From the NCBI GenBank assembly GCA_001687465.1, contig LVLI01000364.1, positions 62,001 through 101,827 of the forward strand: DNA of 39,827 nucleotides, written 5' to 3'. A program made the translations under genes and the position numbers. This stretch comes from Halocafeteria seosinensis. Its lineage: Eukaryota. Numbering within the stretch: the stretch's first letter is position 1; every line of letters starts with the position of its first letter. Shown here one piece after another: positions 35,352 through 39,827 of the stretch. Below the pieces are notes generated by a model. The model saw nothing but the letters and a program-made list of their open reading frames with translations, searched no databases and was not told where the DNA came from.

Positions 35352-38300
35352 CTAATGAACTTCTGCTTCAACTGAGGTGACTTGCTCAGTATCAACATCA
35401 GCGGGTTGGTCTTCCATATCAGTACATGTAGGGTCAACGAGGTAGTAATCGGCAAAATCAGCAGGCCGGTCCTTCGCTGGAAGCAGGCGCATTAGGATAC
35501 CTATGGGAAGGGCCAGCGCCCCCAACCCTATTGTCATTCCCCAGTGTCTAACCTCAAGTCCTGAAGTCTCCGTGAAGTTTCCACCGACTTCGACAATAAA
35601 AATCTGCAGAGCAATCGTGACAACGATGACCGACAGGAAAACGGTATTCTTGTGAATGTTACGTAGAATCCTCCAGTCGTCTCCGATACTGCGTGAGTTG
35701 AATTCGTTGAACACCTGGGCAAACACGAAGGCATTGAAGATAAAGGTGTTCAAATATTCGCTAAATTCTTCCTCGTCAACGTGATCAGATCCATGATAGT
35801 CGGCTACTTGCGAATGGCTGATGTCGAATGATGACCCATCATTAAGAAGAATGCCCATTAAGAGACCAATTTGGAAAGCTGACTGAAACAATATGTGCCT
35901 CCACATTTTCGGTGAAAGAAGAGAAGCATGACTTGCGAACGGTTTTCGATATAATAAATCACGCGTAGGCTCTTCTGTACCCAACGCAAGAGCCCCCATG
36001 GAGTCCATAATAAGGTTAACCCACAACATCATCACAGCGTTCAGAGGCGGTTCTCGTTGAGTTACTGCTGCCAGAAAAGTGACCACCAGTGCAACAACAT
36101 TCACGGTTAGCTGGAACTGTAAAAATTTACGGATATTGTCATAAACTGAGCGACCCCACATAACTGATTTTACGATGGAAGAAAAATTGTCATCCAAGAT
36201 AACAATGTCGCTAGCGTTACGGGCAACGTCCGTGCCACTGATCCCCATAGAGAGGCCTACGTCCGCTGCTTTCAATGCGGGAGCATCGTTAGTACCGTCC
36301 CCTGTTACCCCCACTACCGGCTTGTATACCCTGTTACCTCTTGTACTAAAATTTGTTTCCTCCCACTCCTTGATAAATCCCGGCATCAGATGCCTCCAAT
36401 TGTATTCAGTGAATTCGATGCCCGGATGCTCGTTGCACCACTCCTCTTCGGTTGTAGGTAAATTCCCGTTTATTCGCTTGACTAGCCAGTGCTTATCCTC
36501 AGGGGAAGACCTGGCCATTACCTGCAGACGTGGAAGAATGCGGTCGATCTCCTGTATAGACATACGGCGAAATTCAGGCCCCTCCAAGACCACACCTCCG
36601 TCTGTGAGGATCCCACAGCGGCGGGCAATGGCTTCGGCGGTGCTCCGATTATCACCAGTCACCATGCGCACACGAATACCGGCTCTCTGACAGGTGGCAA
36701 CAGACTCAACCACATCGGGACGGAGTGGATCTTCAATACCCAGCATGACATAGAATGTGTACCCATTTTCTGAGTTGCTGCCTTCACTGGGGTCTTCCCA
36801 CAAACCCAGATTCTCGACGCATTCCGGGCTGACGAACCATTCCTGATCTGTTTCTTGGTACCAAAGCTCTTCAACTTCAGACTGAGACTCTGCCCGATGC
36901 GACTCGGGAGTAGATTTAAGCTCTTGATCTATCCTGTCCGCTGGACACTCTCGGAAACCAGGAAGATCCTTCAGAAGTAAGTCGATATAGGCATAGCCTA
37001 AGGTACGCAATGCATCATCTGCCATGAATTTCTGGGCATCCTCAAGAATGCCGCGCTTGTTCTTATCTAGGGACTCAATTTTGCCTTCCGAATTTTGCCA
37101 TTGTGTGCATCTTTGCAAGATCACTTCTGGAGCCCCAGTAATGAGAACACGTACCTTGGTATTTCCTGACTCATCTTGCCCGAGTTTATAGATGGTGCTT
37201 GCCATTTTTCTTGAGGAATCAAACAGATGATGTTTTATATACATTCCTTCAGTAACCGTGCTGCTTCGGACGTGCTCTGGATCCCATCCAGCACTTCTCG
37301 CCAAAAACAATCCCGCCCCTGCTGTTTTACTCCCTGAGACGTCCAGCATCCCAGCAGCTCGTCGTTTCTCATCATTACTCTCTTGAAGAAAAGCAGTAGT
37401 ATTGAGGCACACGTGAGGAATAAGGATGTCAAGCAGGTACGAGGGTAGACGTGCATTTAGTTCCGCTGCAGTGTCCGAGACCTCCGCTGGATTGATCGTG
37501 TTGATGTCTCTCAGAGAAATATGAGTGTCAGGGGTGTAAATTGCCGAAACGCTCATTTGGTTTTGTGTCAAGGTTCCTGTCTTATCTGAGCAAATGTCCG
37601 TGGCATTCCCCATTGTTTCGCAAGCTGAAAGGACTCTGACCAGGTTCTTATCCCTCATCATCTTCATGGTTGAGTATGCCAATGAAATTGTTACAGCCAA
37701 AGGTAACCCTTCAGGGATGGCCACCACAATTATGGTTACGCCAATAATGAATGCACGCAAAACCCACTTCCCAGCGCCACCTTCGTCGTCAATCACGTCT
37801 GGAGAAGTCCCTATCATTATCATCATGGAAATAAAGGTTAATACAGCTGCGACAATGCCAAAATAGCCGATTTTCTTAACCATGATTTCAAGCTTTTCCT
37901 GAAGAGGCGTATCCTTAGTCTCCTGGGCCGTCGCTTTTCGTATCCGACCTTGCATGGAGAGTTCACCAACTGCGACTACAAGCATACGAGCTGTACCACT
38001 GGAAACTTGCATTCCCGAAAGTACAACAGGTCTTTTGTGAGGATCACACGGCAGTTCATCGGATTCTCCTGTCAAATTTGCACTGGACAATTTGCATTTG
38101 TCGGAAGCAACACAGAGTCCATCAGCTGGCACTTGTGCACCTCCTTCCAATTCTACAATGTCTCCTACGACAATGTCCGGGCTATGTAACTCTACCTTGT
38201 GACCACCTCGAATAGTGGTAACGCGAAGCTCAGAGTCAGAAGCACTTTCCAGCTTGAGGAATTGCAACTGTTTTTTGTAGTCGTTACCGGCCGAAACTGT

Positions 38301-39103
38301 AGAGACGACCAGTACCGCAATCAGAATGGCGACACCGTCGACCCAACCTTGTTCTCCGGATTCATGTTGTTCATAGGCACCAATTCCTAATGAAATCAAA
38401 GCTGCAAATACTAGGATAATCAGTACGGGGTCCTTGAAGGCTTCCTTGAAGAGCTTCCAGAAGCTGTCGAAAGGACGCGGTGGCATTGCATTGGAGTAAA
38501 ATCTGTAGCATGAATGAGATGAACAATTCCAACCTGTATCGTCGGATAATAACAAGCAGTAAGCACTTACATTTCCCGTCGAATGGAGAGATCCTGGTGG
38601 TCCCCTGGTACACCACTGTGCAAATCCGTCTTTAATTTGCTCGCTAACCCGAGTGGGCCGCCGGCTTCTGCCAGATGGCGTTTACAGGATTCCTCTTCGC
38701 CAAATTCCACCAAACTGCATAGTTCAGAAACTGATACACCAAACCCTTTTCGACGTTGCTTATCATGTTCTGAGAAGTGGAGCTGCTCAACATTGGGGCC
38801 GTCTGCGCCCGCTTCTTTGGTAGCAGTGGCCTCTTCAATAGTCGACAATCCCGCACCCGATGCGGTTTTAGCTACCCCATTCGTTTTTTCATTCGCCGTC
38901 GTCTTCTCGGGAATTTCTATACCGATGGACTCTGCCTCTGCACCACTTGGAGTCTCATCTCCTGAAGCAGTAGAGTGCGCAGATGTCATAAGATGGGCAC
39001 TGTAGGTCTCATCCTGGCTGGAGGCTGGGATCACAGCCCCCGTTTGTTGCTCGGACGGCGGGTTTTCATTGCCATCTGCTGGTTGCTCGTTTGAAGAATC
39101 CAT
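35352..39103 (-). CDS. PMCA: P2B-type (PMCA) Ca2+-transporting ATPase; exons 39103-38571, 38502-35352
   Basis: TGES, PEGLPLAVT, ACETMGNA, CSDKTGTLT, MVTGDN, GDGTNDAPALK, IRKFLQFQLTVN, MLWVNLIMD, QVFNEFNSR. A 68-nt intron joins RREI-FYSNAMPP. Confidence 0.95.
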
Positions 39104-39827
39104 GCTTATGTGTTTTCTACCACTTAGTGAACTGTACAAGCCTGAAAACGCCTCCGATACAGCTTTAGAGGACTTGTGTTCAAGCGGGAAAAGCACGAGG
39201 CCCTCTCTTCAAGGTCTGAAACACAGCGATTCCTTGCTTGGACGCTGCTCAAGCGTAAGGGAATATAAGATGAACTTTCTTAATTGTCTGTAGATGCGAG
39301 TATCAGCGGATTTTGTCACTGTCCACTGCAGCAAAGTTTGGCCGTGTACGACCACACACGAGGGACAAAGTAAAGGGGAGTTCAAAGGGAACAAAAAAGG
39401 GCGCCGAAAGCTGCCCAGCGAGGAGTTGGTAGACTTCCGGCCAGGTCACACTAAGTTCAGCACGCGTCAGTTGGTAGTATAGACTGCTGAAACGCGATAC
39501 AATCCTATGTTGTATCGTTTAGGCCGAAAGTGCCATGTACTGACAACCCAGAGCCATTCCGTATGTCGGTTATAGTCCGTTGGACGTAACTTGGAGCTTT
39601 CTCCGTTCGTCCTCCGGGCTTCAAGCCCGGATCTCCTCATTAGCCTGTATCGCCTATGGTGGTTGTACAACAACAATGTAGGGATGGTGTGTGTATTCAA
39701 CTTCAACTATAGTAAGTACCCGTTAGCCGAGGCTACGCCTCCCATCATACGCCGTATTGGGCATTACTAAATGCAACCACTTGCGCAGCATTCTGCAGTT
39801 GCTCCGCTGCACCGAACAGCTTAGGCG

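Overview
This is gene-dense nuclear DNA from a eukaryote, not a prokaryote. It has many short (about 59-88 nt) GT-AG introns with GTAAGT/GTACGT donors, and looks like a compact protist genome, possibly a stramenopile (inference). I reconstructed about 17 protein-coding genes by hand, in this order: PH-domain class I-like PI3-kinase; secreted beta-rich protein A; PARG; TFIIS; PHD-finger protein; NDUFB2-like complex I subunit; large disordered protein; secreted protein B (paralog of A); S/P/Q-rich orphan; two tandem PCID2/Thp1/CSN12-family paralogs; sideroflexin; ankyrin protein; DDX52/Rok1; Trm7/FTSJ1; mitochondrial enoyl-CoA hydratase; PMCA-type Ca2+-ATPase. I found no rRNA, tRNA, CRISPR array or transposase. 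The most notable observations are: a PI3K fused to a phosphoinositide-type PH domain, with its stop codon overlapping the stop of the convergent gene; an uncharacterised secreted paralog pair differing by two introns; a PARG with a possible mitochondrial presequence; non-canonical motifs in TFIIS (QLASGDEP) and PMCA (TGAPE); and a ~150-nt multi-hairpin element flanked by 8-bp direct repeats. The sequence alone does not prove a wholly new system. Exon coordinates are manual predictions.
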